The position numbers and the translations under genes were made by a program. From Nitrospinia bacterium (GTDB taxonomy: Bacteria > Nitrospinota > Nitrospinia > Nitrospinales > JAJDAT01): a stretch of DNA of 64,000 nucleotides. The notes under the pieces are model-generated. The model ran no database searches. It saw only the letters and a program-made list of their open reading frames with translations, and was not told where the DNA came from. The number at the start of each line of letters is the position of its first letter. The stretch's first letter is position 1. The DNA is taken from positions 296,778-360,777 of the forward strand of contig JAJDAT010000049.1 in NCBI GenBank assembly GCA_029261715.1. The letters run 5' to 3'. Below are positions 1 to 11,761 of the stretch, in pieces.

Positions 1-74
1 GATAAAGTGGCGCTAGCGCATCCGGTAATCATAAAACTTATTGTAATAAGAAATAATAGAAGTTTTTTAACCAA
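1..74 (-). CDS. Lipoprotein, 5' portion only (runs off the window start)
   Basis: GGAGG SD (80-84, minus strand), then TTG at 74; reads MVKKLLLFLITISFMITG|CASATL, a signal peptide with a lipobox. Confidence 0.7.
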   Translation of the reverse strand, partial: MVKKLLLFLITISFMITGCASATL

Positions 75-209
75 TTTTACCTCCTAATGATTGTTTATTA
101 GTAAATAACTTGCTCTTATCCTGTGTTTTCCGAAAAAGAGCATAAAAATTTCCAGTAGCCAAGTTGGTCTAATTTATTGAGATTTATTATTTTTTGAGGC
201 AGAAAAAAA

Positions 210-1763
210 TTATTCCCACTCAATGGTGGCTGGCGGTTTTGAACTGATATCGTAAGTGACGCGATTGATTCCGCGTACTTCGTTTATTATTCGATTTGAA
301 ATTTTTCCAAGTAAGTCGTATGGGAGTTGGACCCAATCGGCTGTCATACCATCTGCGCTGTTTACCGCTCGAAATGCAATCACGTTTTCGTAAGTTCGAG
401 AATCTCCCATTACTCCAACCGTTTTAATAGGAAGAAGAACGGCAAATGATTGCCAAATTTCGTAATACAACCCAGCTTCTTTGATTTCTTCTAGAATAAT
501 TTTGTCAGCTTCACGTAAAACTTCTAATCTTTCTTCGGTAACTTCTCCGAGTATTCTGATAGCTAAGCCTGGCCCAGGAAAAGGTTGACGATTTACTATT
601 TCTTCCGGCATTCCAATTTCTCTGCCAAGAATCCGCACCTCGTCTTTAAATAACTCTCTTAGAGGTTCAACCAGTAGTAAGTTCATTTTTTCTGGTAATC
701 CGCCCACGTTATGATGAGTTTTTATTGCTGCAGAGGGGCCTTTGACCGATACCGATTCGATAACATCTGGGTATAAAGTGCCTTGAGCAAGAAAAGTAAA
801 GTTCCCGAGTTTTTTGGCTTTTTCTTCGAAAATCTCAATAAAGGTCCTGCCAATTATTTTTCTTTTTTGTTCAGGATCGGTAATCCCTTCCAAGTTTTTG
901 AGGAATCTGTCTCCAGCCTGCACAACTTCTAAATTAAGTTGAAAGTGATTTTTAAACGTCTCAGCTACTTTATCTCGTTCGCCAAGCCGTAACAGGCCAT
1001 TATCTATAAAAATACAAGCAAGATTTTTCCCTATTGCTTTATGTAAAAGCAAAGCGACAACTGAGGAATCCACGCCCCCGCTAAGGGCGCATAAAACTTT
1101 GCTATCGCCAACAGTTGATTTAATTTTATTGATAGCAAAGCTTGCAAAAGATTCTATCTTCCAATTTGCTTCAACAGCACAAATTTTAAAAAGAAAGTTT
1201 TCTAGAATTTTTTTTCCTTCAACGGTATGGGCCACTTCAGGATGAAATTGCAGCCCATAAATTTTGTTGATGGAATGTTCAACTGCGGCAATAGGTGAAT
1301 TTAAAGTAAATCCAGGAGACTTGAAACCATTTGGATTTTTACTAATTCGATCTCCATGACTCATCCATACGGTGGTTTTGTTGTGAATATTCTGGAAAAG
1401 ATGTGAAAACTCTCGAACCATTAGTTCTGCTTTGCCGAATTCTCTCTTGGGCGCTGGGTCTACTATGCCGCCAAGAGTGTGGACAATTAGCTGCATACCG
1501 TAGCAAAGACCTAAAATCGGTATTTTTAAGTCGAATAACTTTCGATCAACTTTGGGGGCTCCATCTTCAAGAACGCTACTTGGTCCGCCAGAAAGTATTA
1601 TACCTTTTGGCTGGAAGCGAACTATTTGGTCGAGGGTCATAGTGTAAGGATGTATTTCGCAATAAACCTGGCATTCCCTAATTCGTCGGGCAATATTTTG
1701 AGTGTATTGAGAACCAAAGTCGAGGACTAGAATTTTTTCGTCGCAAAGAGATTCAGGAAGCAT
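210..1763 (-). CDS. guaA: GMP synthase (glutamine-hydrolysing)
   Basis: [36 protein letters not shown] and [10 protein letters not shown] motifs. Confidence 0.99.
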   Translation of the reverse strand: MLPESLCDEKILVLDFGSQYTQNIARRIRECQVYCEIHPYTMTLDQIVRFQPKGIILSGGPSSVLEDGAPKVDRKLFDLKIPILGLCYGMQLIVHTLGGIVDPAPKREFGKAELMVREFSHLFQNIHNKTTVWMSHGDRISKNPNGFKSPGFTLNSPIAAVEHSINKIYGLQFHPEVAHTVEGKKILENFLFKICAVEANWKIESFASFAINKIKSTVGDSKVLCALSGGVDSSVVALLLHKAIGKNLACIFIDNGLLRLGERDKVAETFKNHFQLNLEVVQAGDRFLKNLEGITDPEQKRKIIGRTFIEIFEEKAKKLGNFTFLAQGTLYPDVIESVSVKGPSAAIKTHHNVGGLPEKMNLLLVEPLRELFKDEVRILGREIGMPEEIVNRQPFPGPGLAIRILGEVTEERLEVLREADKIILEEIKEAGLYYEIWQSFAVLLPIKTVGVMGDSRTYENVIAFRAVNSADGMTADWVQLPYDLLGKISNRIINEVRGINRVTYDISSKPPATIEWE

Positions 1764-1957
1764 AAAGTTTGAAAACGCTATAAATTTAAAAAATTAAATA
1801 AAATAAAAGTTAAGACAGTCTCTATCAATTAGTTATATTACTGGTTTGCTAGGTTTTATCTTTGGTTTTCAAAGACAGACTTTAGCAAATATAACTTTTT
1901 AGAGGTTCCATTAGGATAAAACAAACTTAGCTGAGGCTAGATTTTGAGTAGATTTTT

Positions 1958-3421
1958 TTACTCTAAATTATAATTTGGAGCTTCTTTGGTCACCATCACA
2001 TTATGGACGTGGCTTTCCTTTAACCCAGAAGAGGTTATTCTGATGAAGGAAGCTTTTTCTCTTAATTCTTCTATGGTTGCGCAGCCACAGTAGCCCATTC
2101 CAGCTCGTAACCCGCCTAAGAATTGGTGTACAGAAAACGCAAGTGGACCTCTATAAGGAACCCGCGCCTCCACTCCTTCGGGAACGAGTTTGCTTTTTGA
2201 AAGTCCTTTGTCCTGAAAGTATCGGTCTCCGCTACCTTCGGACATAGCCGCAATCGATCCCATCCCTCTATATTCTTTGTAGCTTCTGCCTTGGTAAAAA
2301 ATTTTTTCGCCAGGGCTTTCGTCTGTTCCGGCTAAAAGAGATCCAAGCATCACCGTATGAGCGCCTGCGGCAATGGCTTTTACGATATCTCCCGATTGTT
2401 TTATTCCACCATCGGAAATTATAGGAATTCCTTTCTTGGAAGCGACTTTTGTGCATTCCGCAACAGCGCTGATTTGAGGAACTCCCACTCCACTTACAAC
2501 TCTGGTGGTGCATATAGAGCCAGGACCTATGCCTACTTTGACGGCGTCTGCTCCAGCGTCAATCAAAGCCTGGGTTCCTTCTGCTGTCGCTACGTTTCCT
2601 CCGATAACGGGTAAATCTGGAAAATGATTTTTAATTTCTCTAATAGACGAAAGTATTTTTTCTGAGTGACCATGAGCGCTGTCAACGACCAATACATCAA
2701 GCCCTACGTTTACAAAGCTTTGTATGGCTTCTAAATATTCTTTAGCTACTCCAATTGCCGCTCCTACCAAAAGATGTCCGTCAGAATCTTTTGCCGCTTT
2801 TGGGAATTTCCCCATTTGCTCAATATCTTTAATCGTGATTAAGCCTTTTAAATTCCCTTGCTGATCGACAATAGGTAATTTTTCAATTCTATTTTCGTGA
2901 AGTTTTTTTCTAGACTCTTCTATAGGAGCGCCTTCAAGGGCAGTTACTAGGCCTTCCTTGGTCATTAATTCCGAAATAGGTCGATCGTGATTGGTTTCTA
3001 CTCTTAGGTCTCTGTTGGTTAATATGCCAACTAATTTTTCGCCTTTAGTAATAGGAATTCCCGTAATTTGATACTTTCCCATCACCTTTAAAGCTTCATT
3101 GATTGTTTGTTCTGGATTCATCGTGATTGGATCGGAAATTATCACGCTCACAGCCCTTTTGACTTTTTCTATTTGCTTCTTTTGTTGGTTAAAAGGCATA
3201 TTGCGATGAATGATACCTATTCCCCCTTCCTGAGCAAGGGCTATTGCCATAGCCGCTTCTGTCACAGTATCCATTGGGGAGCTCATCAAAGGGCAATTCA
3301 ATTTGATGTTTTGTGTCAGTTGAGTGGATATATCCACATCTGTAGGCAAAACCTCTGAATAGCCAGGCAGTAAAAGTACGTCGTCAAAGGTAAGATAAGT
3401 AGGAATTTCCTGGGCAAGCAT
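1958..3421 (-). CDS. guaB: IMP dehydrogenase with CBS pair
   Basis: [30 protein letters not shown]; ATG at 3421 preferred over TTG at 3430. Confidence 0.98.
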   Translation of the reverse strand: MLAQEIPTYLTFDDVLLLPGYSEVLPTDVDISTQLTQNIKLNCPLMSSPMDTVTEAAMAIALAQEGGIGIIHRNMPFNQQKKQIEKVKRAVSVIISDPITMNPEQTINEALKVMGKYQITGIPITKGEKLVGILTNRDLRVETNHDRPISELMTKEGLVTALEGAPIEESRKKLHENRIEKLPIVDQQGNLKGLITIKDIEQMGKFPKAAKDSDGHLLVGAAIGVAKEYLEAIQSFVNVGLDVLVVDSAHGHSEKILSSIREIKNHFPDLPVIGGNVATAEGTQALIDAGADAVKVGIGPGSICTTRVVSGVGVPQISAVAECTKVASKKGIPIISDGGIKQSGDIVKAIAAGAHTVMLGSLLAGTDESPGEKIFYQGRSYKEYRGMGSIAAMSEGSGDRYFQDKGLSKSKLVPEGVEARVPYRGPLAFSVHQFLGGLRAGMGYCGCATIEELREKASFIRITSSGLKESHVHNVMVTKEAPNYNLE

Positions 3422-3614
3422 AGCAGGCAAAACGAAAGCAGAATGAATAAACGAAAAATTTTATTAAAAACGTCATTATATTATCATGTCCTTAGGGATT
3501 CCGTTTCATAAAATTTTCGTGGCTATGAAGAGCTATTTTGATAAGCTATTGTGATCAAAAGCCTTTTAACCAAAATCAAGTTCTTTAGAATTTATTTTTA
3601 TTGGTAAATATTTT

Positions 3615-5042
3615 ATGAAGCGATTAGCTTATTGCGTATTACTAAATACTTTTATCTTTTTTTGTAGTTCAGGAGTTTTTGCTACTCCGCTATTCCCTGA
3701 TCAGGAGGGATGGTCGGGAATTTATTACAAAGGTAAAAAGCTGGGATTTTCCAGCTACTCCCTTAAAAACCTGACAGATACGATTCAAGTTAAATCTAAA
3801 GTGTTTTTTCGGATTAATGTCGCTGGAGCTGACCAAACCACTTCTTTTATCCAGGAAACAATTCTAAATGACAATTTAGATCCTAAGAGTTTTTACCTTT
3901 TACAAGAAGTAATGGGTACCCGTCATCAAACGCAGGGTAAATTGGAAGAAAATCGCTTGGTTTTGACAGTTTCAACTAAGGGGTTTAAAAAAAGCAAAAC
4001 TATATCTTATAAAAAAAATAGCGCTCTTTCGTCCTCATTTTTATTAAAGATTCTTAGTAATGGATTGGAAGTTGGCAAAGGTGGGAAGCTACCCGTTTTT
4101 ATGGAGGCCTTTCGAGCTTACTCTAAAGCTCAATTTCAAACGATTGGAAAGGAAGTTTTGAATGTAAGGGGAGTTGATGAAGAAACGTTTATTTTGAAGC
4201 AAAATATTGGTGGGATGGAGGTCAAAACTTGGGTTACTCGTGAAGGCAGAGTTTTAAAAGAAATATCGGCTGATGGTTTTGAATCTTTTTTAGAAACTAA
4301 GGAAAAAGCCCAGGATATGGGTAGTCAGTCTTTTTCAGCTTCTAGTCTTATTACGTTAAGCGTAATCAAACCTCAAAAAATAATTCATTTTCCATCTTCT
4401 AAAAAGTTTTTGAAAATTAAGTTAAGCAACCTTTTGGGGCCGACTTCTATTCCTGAGGATCACCGCCAAAAAATTATAAAAACCGAAGAACTTCCAGATA
4501 AAACTTTTACATCTGTATTAACGATTAAGGTTGAGACTGAAAAACAGGCTAGCAAAGAGGTATCAGACCCCAAAGCATTAGAGGAAACGGCCGAAATTCA
4601 GCATAATCACCCAATGATCAAGGCGCTAGCGCGAGAAATTGTGCAGAAAGGTTGGAGTCCCTGGAGAGCCGCTTTGGGAATTAATGATTGGGTTTATAAA
4701 AACTTAGATAAAGTCCTAGAAGATTCTGTTTCCGCTTTAGACGCTCTTCAGAAGAGAAAAGGGGAATGTCAGTCTCATACCAATTTATTTGTTGCTTTGG
4801 CAAGAGCGACTGGAATACCGGCCCGGGTAGTTAATGGATTAGTTTACTCTAGTGAATTCAAAGGGTTTGCCTATCATGCTTGGCCAGAAGTGTATGTTGG
4901 TCAATGGCGATCGTTAGACCCTACGCTAGGGCAGGCTGCTGCTGACGCGACACACATTAAATTGGCTAAAGGAGATGACACTGGTCCTTTAAAGCTCTTA
5001 GAGTTTATGGGGAAGCTTAAAATTCAAATTCTGGAGAATTAA
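3615..5042 (+). CDS. Exported transglutaminase-like cysteine protease domain protein
   Basis: N-terminal signal peptide; GECQSH...ARATGIPAR...HAWPEVY...LDPT gives a Cys-His-Asp triad. Confidence 0.9.
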   Translation: MKRLAYCVLLNTFIFFCSSGVFATPLFPDQEGWSGIYYKGKKLGFSSYSLKNLTDTIQVKSKVFFRINVAGADQTTSFIQETILNDNLDPKSFYLLQEVMGTRHQTQGKLEENRLVLTVSTKGFKKSKTISYKKNSALSSSFLLKILSNGLEVGKGGKLPVFMEAFRAYSKAQFQTIGKEVLNVRGVDEETFILKQNIGGMEVKTWVTREGRVLKEISADGFESFLETKEKAQDMGSQSFSASSLITLSVIKPQKIIHFPSSKKFLKIKLSNLLGPTSIPEDHRQKIIKTEELPDKTFTSVLTIKVETEKQASKEVSDPKALEETAEIQHNHPMIKALAREIVQKGWSPWRAALGINDWVYKNLDKVLEDSVSALDALQKRKGECQSHTNLFVALARATGIPARVVNGLVYSSEFKGFAYHAWPEVYVGQWRSLDPTLGQAAADATHIKLAKGDDTGPLKLLEFMGKLKIQILEN

Positions 5043-5238
5043 GGTTCTTCCATGGATAGTTTTAAATCGTTATCAGTCAATTGTTTATAGGTTTTTCTAT
5101 GTCTTTTATTGACTTTTGTTTTGTGGTTTTTGCATCCTCCTCAAAAAAAACATTCGATGAAAAAAAATCTTTTTCATTGGAAGCCTTATTGGGTTTAGGG
5201 CCTCTTAAAAGTCAAGGCTTTTTTTGAGTAAAAAGTCA

Positions 5239-5267
5239 TTGACAACCCAATATATTGTGTTTATTTT
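5239..5267 (+). promoter_or_regulatory. Sigma70-type promoter of nrdJ
   Basis: TTGACA (5239-5244), 17 bp spacer, TATTTT (5262-5267). Confidence 0.75.
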
Positions 5268-5292
5268 GAGGGGTGGGCACAAAATGTTGTTG
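5245..5292 (+). promoter_or_regulatory. Tandem NrdR boxes
   Basis: ACCCAATATATTGTGT (5245-5260) and GCACAAAATGTTGTTG (5277-5292) match acaCwAtATaTwGtg; starts are 32 bp apart, upstream of a ribonucleotide reductase gene. Confidence 0.85.
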
Positions 5293-5379
5293 CCTTGATT
5301 AATTTAAGTTTTATTTAACATCAATCAATTTGATTAAATAGACTAAAATTTAAACTCATATTTCCCCCAGTCTAAATCC

Positions 5380-8300
5380 ATGAAAATCATCCGAATATTT
5401 ACTAAAAATCTCAAAGATCCATTTGAAGCTTTTAATTTTGTTGAGCGTACTTCAAAAATTACCAACACGGATGGTTCTACCGTTTCCGAAATGAAGGAGT
5501 TAATTGCTCCTGACTCTTGGTCTCAAGTTGCGGTAGATATCATGGCCCAAAAGTATTTCCGGAAAGCGGGAATTCCATATAATTTGAAAAAGAAATTAGA
5601 AGAGGGAGTGCCAGAATGGCTTTGCCCCTCAGTTCCTGACTTTACAGCGCTAAATCAATTGCCAAAAGCTAGTCAATATGGTGGGGAAACTGACGCAAGA
5701 CAGGTTTTTCGACGTTTGGCCGGTTGTTGGACTTATTGGGGATGGAAGAATAACTACTTTGAAGATGAAGAGTCCGCCCAGGTTTATTTTGATGAAATGT
5801 GTTTTCAGTTGGCGGGTCAATTAGCCGCTCCAAACTCACCTCAATGGTTTAATACGGGCTTAAATTGGGCTTACGGGATAGAAGGTCCCGCCCAAGGTCA
5901 TTACTATTATGACTCGGATATGTCTAAGGTAGTGCAATCGAAATCAGCTTATGAAAGACCTCAGCCTCATGCTTGTTTTATCTTGTCGTGTGAAGATAAT
6001 TTGGTTAATGAAGGCGGCATAATGGATTTGTGGCGTCAAGAAGCCCGTTTATTTAAGTACGGTTCAGGTAGCGGTACTAACTTTTCTAGTCTTCGCGGCG
6101 AAGGAGAACCTCTTTCAGGGGGCGGCAAGTCCTCTGGCTTGATGAGCTTTTTGAAGATTGGCGATCGAGCGGCTGGAGCTATAAAATCTGGTGGGACCAC
6201 GCGAAGAGCGGCAAAGATGGTGACTTTGGATATTGATCACCCTGATATTGAAGAGTTTATAGAGTGGAAGGTAAAAGAAGAAAGAAAAGTGGCCGCTCTT
6301 GTTGCTGGTAGTAAGATTACCCGAAAAAGATTGAAGCAGGTTATCAAAGCTTGTTGGGCTGAAGAAGACGAAGCCTTGCGTTTCGATTTGCAACAGAATC
6401 GAGATTTGCGCAGAGCTGTTAAGCAGGGATTAGATGATTGTATTCCTGAAAATTATATTTATAGGGTGATTCAGTTAGCTAAGCAGGGAGTTCGAGATAT
6501 TGAGTTTGATGAATACGATACTAATTGGAATTCAGAGGCCTATGCCACAGTTTCTGGTCAAAATTCGAATAATTCGATTCGACTCACAAATGAGTTTTTG
6601 AGGGCTGAGGAGTGTGGCGGCGATTGGAATTTATTAAACCGGGTTGATGGGAAAGTTAACAAGACTGTTTCTGCCGATAGTTTGTGGGAAAAAATAAATG
6701 AATCAGCTTGGGCTAGCGCTGACCCTGGATTGCAGTTTGATACGACGATCAATGAATGGCATACCTGTCCAGAGGGAGGTCGAATTCGAGCTTCGAATCC
6801 TTGCTCTGAGTATATGTTTCTAGATAATACAGCCTGCAATTTGGCTTCATTGAATTTGATTAAGTTTTTTGATGCAAAGAACGGCAAGTTTGCTATTCAT
6901 AACTTTAGGCATGCTTGTAGGCTTTGGACATTGACCTTGGAGATCTCGGTGGCAATGGCTCAGTTTCCAAATAAAGCTATTGCAGAAAAAAGCTTTGATT
7001 ATAGGACCTTGGGGTTAGGTTATGCGAACCTTGGTTCTTTATTGATGGTTTCTGGTATACCGTATGATTCTGAGGAAGCTAAGTCTATTACAGGGACTAT
7101 AACGGCTTTGTTAACTGGGGCTTCTTATTCGATGTCGGCGGATATGGCAAAGGAGCAAGGGGCTTTTTCTGAGTATGAATCGAATAAGTCTCATATGTTA
7201 AGGGTTATGAGAAATCATAGGAGAGCTTCGTATAATGATTCAGAGCAAGAGTATGAAGGTCTTACGGTATTCCCAAGAGGGATTAAGCCTGAGTTTTGCC
7301 AAGACTCTCTTTTAAGGGCGGCAAAAAAGGAATGGGACGACGTTATAGAAAAAGGCGAAAGATTTGGTTTCAGGAATGCTCAGGTAACCTGCATTGCTCC
7401 GACAGGGACAATTGGTTTATTGATGGATTGTGACACCACTGGGATTGAGCCTGATTACGCTTTGGTTAAATTCAAAAAGCTTGCTGGTGGAGGGTATTTT
7501 AAGATTATAAATCAGTCCGTTCCGTCAGCTCTTAATCATCTTGGTTACAGTGATGATGAAGCGGAAGAAATTGTAAAATATTGCGTAGGATCTGGGAGCT
7601 TAAATGATTCGCCTTTTATTAACCGGGAATCTTTAAAGAAAAAAGGGTTTAGCGATAAGGTTTTAGAAAAAATCGAGACGGAGCTTCCGAAGGTTTTTGA
7701 TATTTTATTTGCTTTTAATAAGTTCACGCTTGGCGAAGAGTTTTGTAAGTCTACGTTTGGTATTTCGGAAGCTCAATTGGAATCGCCCGCATTTAACTTT
7801 TTAGAATTTATTGGCTTTTCGTCTGATGAAATTTCTAAAGCCAACGACGCTATTTGCGGGACAATGACGATTGAGGACGCTCCTCATCTGAAAGAAGAGC
7901 ATTACCCTGTATTTGACTGCGCAAATAAATGTGGCAAATATGGAAAACGTTTTATACCGCATGAAGCGCATATTCGGATGATGGCCGCCGCTCAGCCTTT
8001 TATTTCTGGCGCTATTTCAAAGACTATAAATATGCCGGCTGAGTCTTCTATTGAAGACGTTAAAAAAGCGCATATCCTTTCTTGGAAGCTTATGCTTAAG
8101 GGGACCGCGATTTATCGTGACGGCTCCAAGTTAAGTCAACCTCTTAATAGCGTAACTAATCAAGATTTTAGGATGATTGAAACTGAGGAAGAAGATCGAA
8201 GCAAAAGAAAGGCTCCTGCTCTTACTGTTGCTGAAAGAATTGTCCATCAAATGGGATATCGTAAAAAGCTTCCTTACAGACGAAAAGGATATACGCAAAA

Positions 8301-8982
8301 AGCCATGATTGCCGGCCATAAGGTATATCTACGCACTGGCGATTATGAGGATGGAAGTTTAGGTGAGATTTTCATAGATATGCATAAGGAGGGAGCGGCT
8401 TTCCGGAGTCTTATGAACTGCTTTGCAATTTCAATTTCTTTAGGGCTTCAACATGGAGTTCCCTTAGAAGAGTTCGTAGACGCTTTTGTATTCACTCGTT
8501 TCGAGCCGAATGGCATTGTTTCTGGAAATAAGAATATTAGTATGTCGACATCTATCATTGATTATATTTTTAGAGATCTTGCGATTTCCTACTTAGATCG
8601 TAATGACTTGTCTCAAGTGACTCAGGAAGATTTACGTGCAGACGCTATTCAGAAAGACTCTGAATGCGTCCCCGAAAGTGACAGGCCTGTTGTTGAGCCA
8701 GTTCAAGATTCGAATGTTGCTTTAGAAAAAACAAAGGTAGTTTCTGAAGCTCCAAAAGTAGCGAAGAAAACTAATGGAAACGGAAATGGAAACGGGGCTT
8801 CGTTGCAAAAGAATACGGATGTTGCGGTAGGATTAGCTCAGCCTAAGGTTTCTGCCTTTGAAATAGCTAGAATGAAGGGATATGAAGGCGACCCCTGTAA
8901 TGAGTGCGGTCAGATGACCCTTGTGCGTAATGGAACCTGCCTAAAATGCTTGTCTTGTGGCGCCACTTCAGGTTGTTCTTAA
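5380..8982 (+). CDS. nrdJ: Class II (adenosylcobalamin-dependent) ribonucleotide reductase with C-terminal TSCPD domain and Zn ribbon
   Basis: [37 protein letters not shown]; C-terminal CNECG...CLSCG..SGCS. Confidence 0.97.
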   Translation: MKIIRIFTKNLKDPFEAFNFVERTSKITNTDGSTVSEMKELIAPDSWSQVAVDIMAQKYFRKAGIPYNLKKKLEEGVPEWLCPSVPDFTALNQLPKASQYGGETDARQVFRRLAGCWTYWGWKNNYFEDEESAQVYFDEMCFQLAGQLAAPNSPQWFNTGLNWAYGIEGPAQGHYYYDSDMSKVVQSKSAYERPQPHACFILSCEDNLVNEGGIMDLWRQEARLFKYGSGSGTNFSSLRGEGEPLSGGGKSSGLMSFLKIGDRAAGAIKSGGTTRRAAKMVTLDIDHPDIEEFIEWKVKEERKVAALVAGSKITRKRLKQVIKACWAEEDEALRFDLQQNRDLRRAVKQGLDDCIPENYIYRVIQLAKQGVRDIEFDEYDTNWNSEAYATVSGQNSNNSIRLTNEFLRAEECGGDWNLLNRVDGKVNKTVSADSLWEKINESAWASADPGLQFDTTINEWHTCPEGGRIRASNPCSEYMFLDNTACNLASLNLIKFFDAKNGKFAIHNFRHACRLWTLTLEISVAMAQFPNKAIAEKSFDYRTLGLGYANLGSLLMVSGIPYDSEEAKSITGTITALLTGASYSMSADMAKEQGAFSEYESNKSHMLRVMRNHRRASYNDSEQEYEGLTVFPRGIKPEFCQDSLLRAAKKEWDDVIEKGERFGFRNAQVTCIAPTGTIGLLMDCDTTGIEPDYALVKFKKLAGGGYFKIINQSVPSALNHLGYSDDEAEEIVKYCVGSGSLNDSPFINRESLKKKGFSDKVLEKIETELPKVFDILFAFNKFTLGEEFCKSTFGISEAQLESPAFNFLEFIGFSSDEISKANDAICGTMTIEDAPHLKEEHYPVFDCANKCGKYGKRFIPHEAHIRMMAAAQPFISGAISKTINMPAESSIEDVKKAHILSWKLMLKGTAIYRDGSKLSQPLNSVTNQDFRMIETEEEDRSKRKAPALTVAERIVHQMGYRKKLPYRRKGYTQKAMIAGHKVYLRTGDYEDGSLGEIFIDMHKEGAAFRSLMNCFAISISLGLQHGVPLEEFVDAFVFTRFEPNGIVSGNKNISMSTSIIDYIFRDLAISYLDRNDLSQVTQEDLRADAIQKDSECVPESDRPVVEPVQDSNVALEKTKVVSEAPKVAKKTNGNGNGNGASLQKNTDVAVGLAQPKVSAFEIARMKGYEGDPCNECGQMTLVRNGTCLKCLSCGATSGCS

Positions 8983-9018
8983 CGGTTGATTAGTTGTATC
9001 AAAGCTTTTTCTAAAATA

Positions 9019-9051
9019 GCCCTAAACCTCAGTAGTTTAGGGCCGTTCTTT
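9019..9051 (+). terminator. Probable intrinsic terminator of nrdJ
   Basis: GCCCTAAAC-N7-GTTTAGGGC 9 bp stem followed by CGTTCTTT. Confidence 0.6.
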
Positions 9052-9121
9052 GCCTGCCTTTATCTGTTTCAAAAAAAATCTTGCCGTACAGTTTGTTAAG
9101 GTCAACCCACCCTACAAAACC

Positions 9122-9150
9122 TTGACACTATTGAACTAAAATAATATACT
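9122..9150 (+). promoter_or_regulatory. Near-consensus sigma70 promoter for the 9.2-13 kb operon
   Basis: TTGACA (9122-9127), 17 bp spacer, TATACT (9145-9150). Confidence 0.8.
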
Positions 9151-9231
9151 CCAAAATTCACATCCTTAGACCTGAAAGAAATTTCAATTTATTACCTAGC
9201 GTTAACCTGGGTATTTGAAGGAGCAAATCCA

Positions 9232-9852
9232 TTGAGCGAAAAAGAAAGTAATCAAGCAGAACAACCAGGAACCGAAGGCGATGAAGAATCCCTTAGAGGA
9301 GATTCGTCTAAAGAAGGTGGTTTAGCCGACCTTAGTGAGTTGGAGAAAATTAAAAAAGAGCTAGAGCTTGAAAAAGTTAAAGCTGCCCAAGAGCTTGAAG
9401 TGGGAGATGAAGATGAAGACGAAGACGCTAGAGAAGCTGATTATCTTCAAAAGTTAATTAATTTAACTATCAAGTTTGATCATCATTTAGGTATGTTTTT
9501 GATGCCTTCATATATTGACTGTGGTTTAAAATATGATCATCGCTTAGTTGAGAGTTATACAACTCAATTGGTTACCATCCAAAGTTTCTTAAGATTGTTA
9601 GAGAAAGTTGATGGGGTTACGCGCGAACAAGTTACCAAAGAGTGCGTTGTTAAATTAAGAAACGTTCTCCAGCAAGTTTCTAAAAACTTGGTAAAACCGC
9701 TTTTTAAAGAAGTAAAGCTCATGAAGAAAAAGCCTAAAATGGAAAACTTAGATACGTTTAAAGATAATTGGAACGATAGATTGCTCGATTTTCAAAAGGT
9801 TTGTGATTTTGAGTATCAGATTTTAGACGTAAAAGGCTTTCAGATAAAATAG
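9232..9852 (+). CDS. Hypothetical protein with acidic N-terminal tail and helical domain
   Basis: 206 aa ORF; AAGGAG SD before TTG; GDEDEDED tract. Confidence 0.85.
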   Translation: MSEKESNQAEQPGTEGDEESLRGDSSKEGGLADLSELEKIKKELELEKVKAAQELEVGDEDEDEDAREADYLQKLINLTIKFDHHLGMFLMPSYIDCGLKYDHRLVESYTTQLVTIQSFLRLLEKVDGVTREQVTKECVVKLRNVLQQVSKNLVKPLFKEVKLMKKKPKMENLDTFKDNWNDRLLDFQKVCDFEYQILDVKGFQIK

Positions 9853-10089
9853 CTTTTAGTTGTTTGTAGAACTTGAAACTGCTTGGAGGGTGGCCATTTC
9901 GTGAGAGATTAATTAGGTTTTTTTGCGAAAATAAACTCGCCGTGGATACAATCGCTTTTTTAAAAACGCGATTGTTTTCCAAGACCTCCAAGAGTTTTCC
10001 CCCCTGGGCGGAATTTTTAAATCGTCCTCATGGCCTTCTGTTAGAAAAAATTCCGAATTAACTTTATTAATAATTATTGCCTGGGAAAA

Positions 10090-11082
10090 ATGGAAAAAGA
10101 CAAAGCCGAAAAAGAAGAATTAGAAGTTGGGCAGAAATTGGTTGCGGTAGAGGAAACTTTACCTGAAGAAAAACCGGTCGTCGATCACTCTAAGTTGTAT
10201 GTTTGGATTGCCGATGCCGGAAATAATCGCATCCAAAAGTTTGACGGGAATGGGAAGTTCTTGATGCAGTTTGGCCGGCCTGCCGGTACGCGAGCTCCTT
10301 ATAATCCAGGTGAATTCAAAACTCCAATGGGAGTTGCGGTCGACTCATATGGGAATATCTGGGTGTCGGATACAGGTTGCCATCGGATACAAAAGTTCGA
10401 CGAAGAAGGTAATTTTCTTCTGGAGTTTGGAGTGGAAGGTTGGGGGCCAGATAAGTTCTATATGCCTGAAGGTATAGCGGTGGAAGCTTCAGGAACCATT
10501 CTTGTTGCCGATACAGCAAATCATTGCTTTAAACGTTTTGACGATGACGGAGAATTTCTTTTAGGTTTTGGTTTTTCGGGCGATTTTGACGGTTTTCTGA
10601 AATATCCTACTGGTGTGGCCCTTGATCGAGAAGGTAATATTTATGTTGCCGATAGAGACAACCAGCGCATTCAAATTTTTAATGAAGACGGCCAATACGT
10701 TTCGAAATTTGGTCAATATGGGTTTGAAGAAGGATTTGTTAATTTCCCAAATGGTATTGTGGTGCGGAAAGACGGCACAATAATCATTTCAGAAAAAAGC
10801 CAAAATCGTTGTCAGGTTTTTGATAACGACGGGAATTTTATTTTAAGCTTTGGTGAGTTAGGCAAACGAGAAGGGCAATTTAATTGTCCGATGTCTTTGT
10901 CCCAAGACCCATATGGTTTTCTCTTTGTCGTAGATACGCTAAATAATCGAATTCAAAAATTTGATAAAGAATTTAATTTTGTAGGTAAATGGGGATCTGT
11001 TGGAAAAGAATCGGGGCAACTTAGAGATCCTGCAGGAATTTGCCTTACATGGGAGCCAGATTGGGCTCCAAAAGACGAATAA
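10090..11082 (+). CDS. Cytoplasmic NHL-repeat six-bladed beta-propeller protein
   Basis: Six P.G(V/I)AVD..G..(Y/W)V.D..N.RIQKFD repeats; no signal peptide. Confidence 0.95.
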   Translation: MEKDKAEKEELEVGQKLVAVEETLPEEKPVVDHSKLYVWIADAGNNRIQKFDGNGKFLMQFGRPAGTRAPYNPGEFKTPMGVAVDSYGNIWVSDTGCHRIQKFDEEGNFLLEFGVEGWGPDKFYMPEGIAVEASGTILVADTANHCFKRFDDDGEFLLGFGFSGDFDGFLKYPTGVALDREGNIYVADRDNQRIQIFNEDGQYVSKFGQYGFEEGFVNFPNGIVVRKDGTIIISEKSQNRCQVFDNDGNFILSFGELGKREGQFNCPMSLSQDPYGFLFVVDTLNNRIQKFDKEFNFVGKWGSVGKESGQLRDPAGICLTWEPDWAPKDE

Positions 11083-11098
11083 GTTTATCTAAACTGTT

Positions 11099-11761
11099 TT
11101 GATAGAATTCGAGAATATGGAAAGACTATTTCCCAGGAGTATTTTGCAAAACTTAGAGTTTAAATGTTTTGGTCTCTATCCGCTTGTCTTAATAATAGTT
11201 TTGTCTTGGACTTTGTTGGGTTCTGTCGCCTTTGGCGATGAGGGATATTATTATGGGCATAAGGTTGAGGTTAAGCCTTCTAAGCCAAAATTGGGGCCTG
11301 ACGGTCTTCCTGTGCCTGAAAGGTTTGCTGATAATGGTGATGGGACAATTACCGACCTCAAAGGAACTCTAATGTGGAAAGCGCGAGACTCCTATCAAGA
11401 AAGAAAAAAGTGGTTGAATTGGCATGACGCGCAAAAATACATCAAAGAAATGAATGAAAAGAAGTTCGCTGGGCATTCAGATTGGCGGTTGCCCTTAAAA
11501 AAAGAACTGAAATCTCTTTATGAGGAAGATAAGGAAATTCCTTGGAAATATTACTGGACAGAAAACGTTGTCCATATTGATCCAGTTTTTGGAGATACTA
11601 GTTGTTGTTTTTGGACTAGCGAGGAATATAAAGAAAAATACGCGTACGGTTTTAATTTTATTAGAGGGCAGGCATACTTAAGCCTCAAAGGTGGTATTAT
11701 GCAATCTTTAACCGTAATACGTCCCGTAAGGGCTTTAGCAAATAAGTCGGCCTCCAAATGA
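11099..11761 (+). CDS. DUF1566 (Lcl C-terminal) domain protein with signal peptide/TM
   Basis: RFADNGDGTITD...LMW...DWRLP..EL; hydrophobic N-terminal segment; start may be ATG at 11117. Confidence 0.9.
   Translation: MIEFENMERLFPRSILQNLEFKCFGLYPLVLIIVLSWTLLGSVAFGDEGYYYGHKVEVKPSKPKLGPDGLPVPERFADNGDGTITDLKGTLMWKARDSYQERKKWLNWHDAQKYIKEMNEKKFAGHSDWRLPLKKELKSLYEEDKEIPWKYYWTENVVHIDPVFGDTSCCFWTSEEYKEKYAYGFNFIRGQAYLSLKGGIMQSLTVIRPVRALANKSASK

Noticed and set aside
3422-3614. Purine riboswitch upstream of guaB
   Set aside because: No three-way junction or conserved UUUCUAC-type core; it is a short divergent promoter region
5043-5379. Cobalamin riboswitch upstream of B12-dependent nrdJ
   Set aside because: No B12-box or GGGAA core visible; the leader is short and AT-rich and is explained by the NrdR boxes
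8773-8798. GGAAAC/GGAAAT short repeats in nrdJ
   Set aside because: They encode an NGNGNGNG linker; not a CRISPR or contingency repeat
5380-8982. Intein or intron in nrdJ suggested by its 1200-aa length
   Set aside because: No intein splice motifs or LAGLIDADG blocks seen; the length is explained by the long-form NrdJ with TSCPD domain and Zn ribbon
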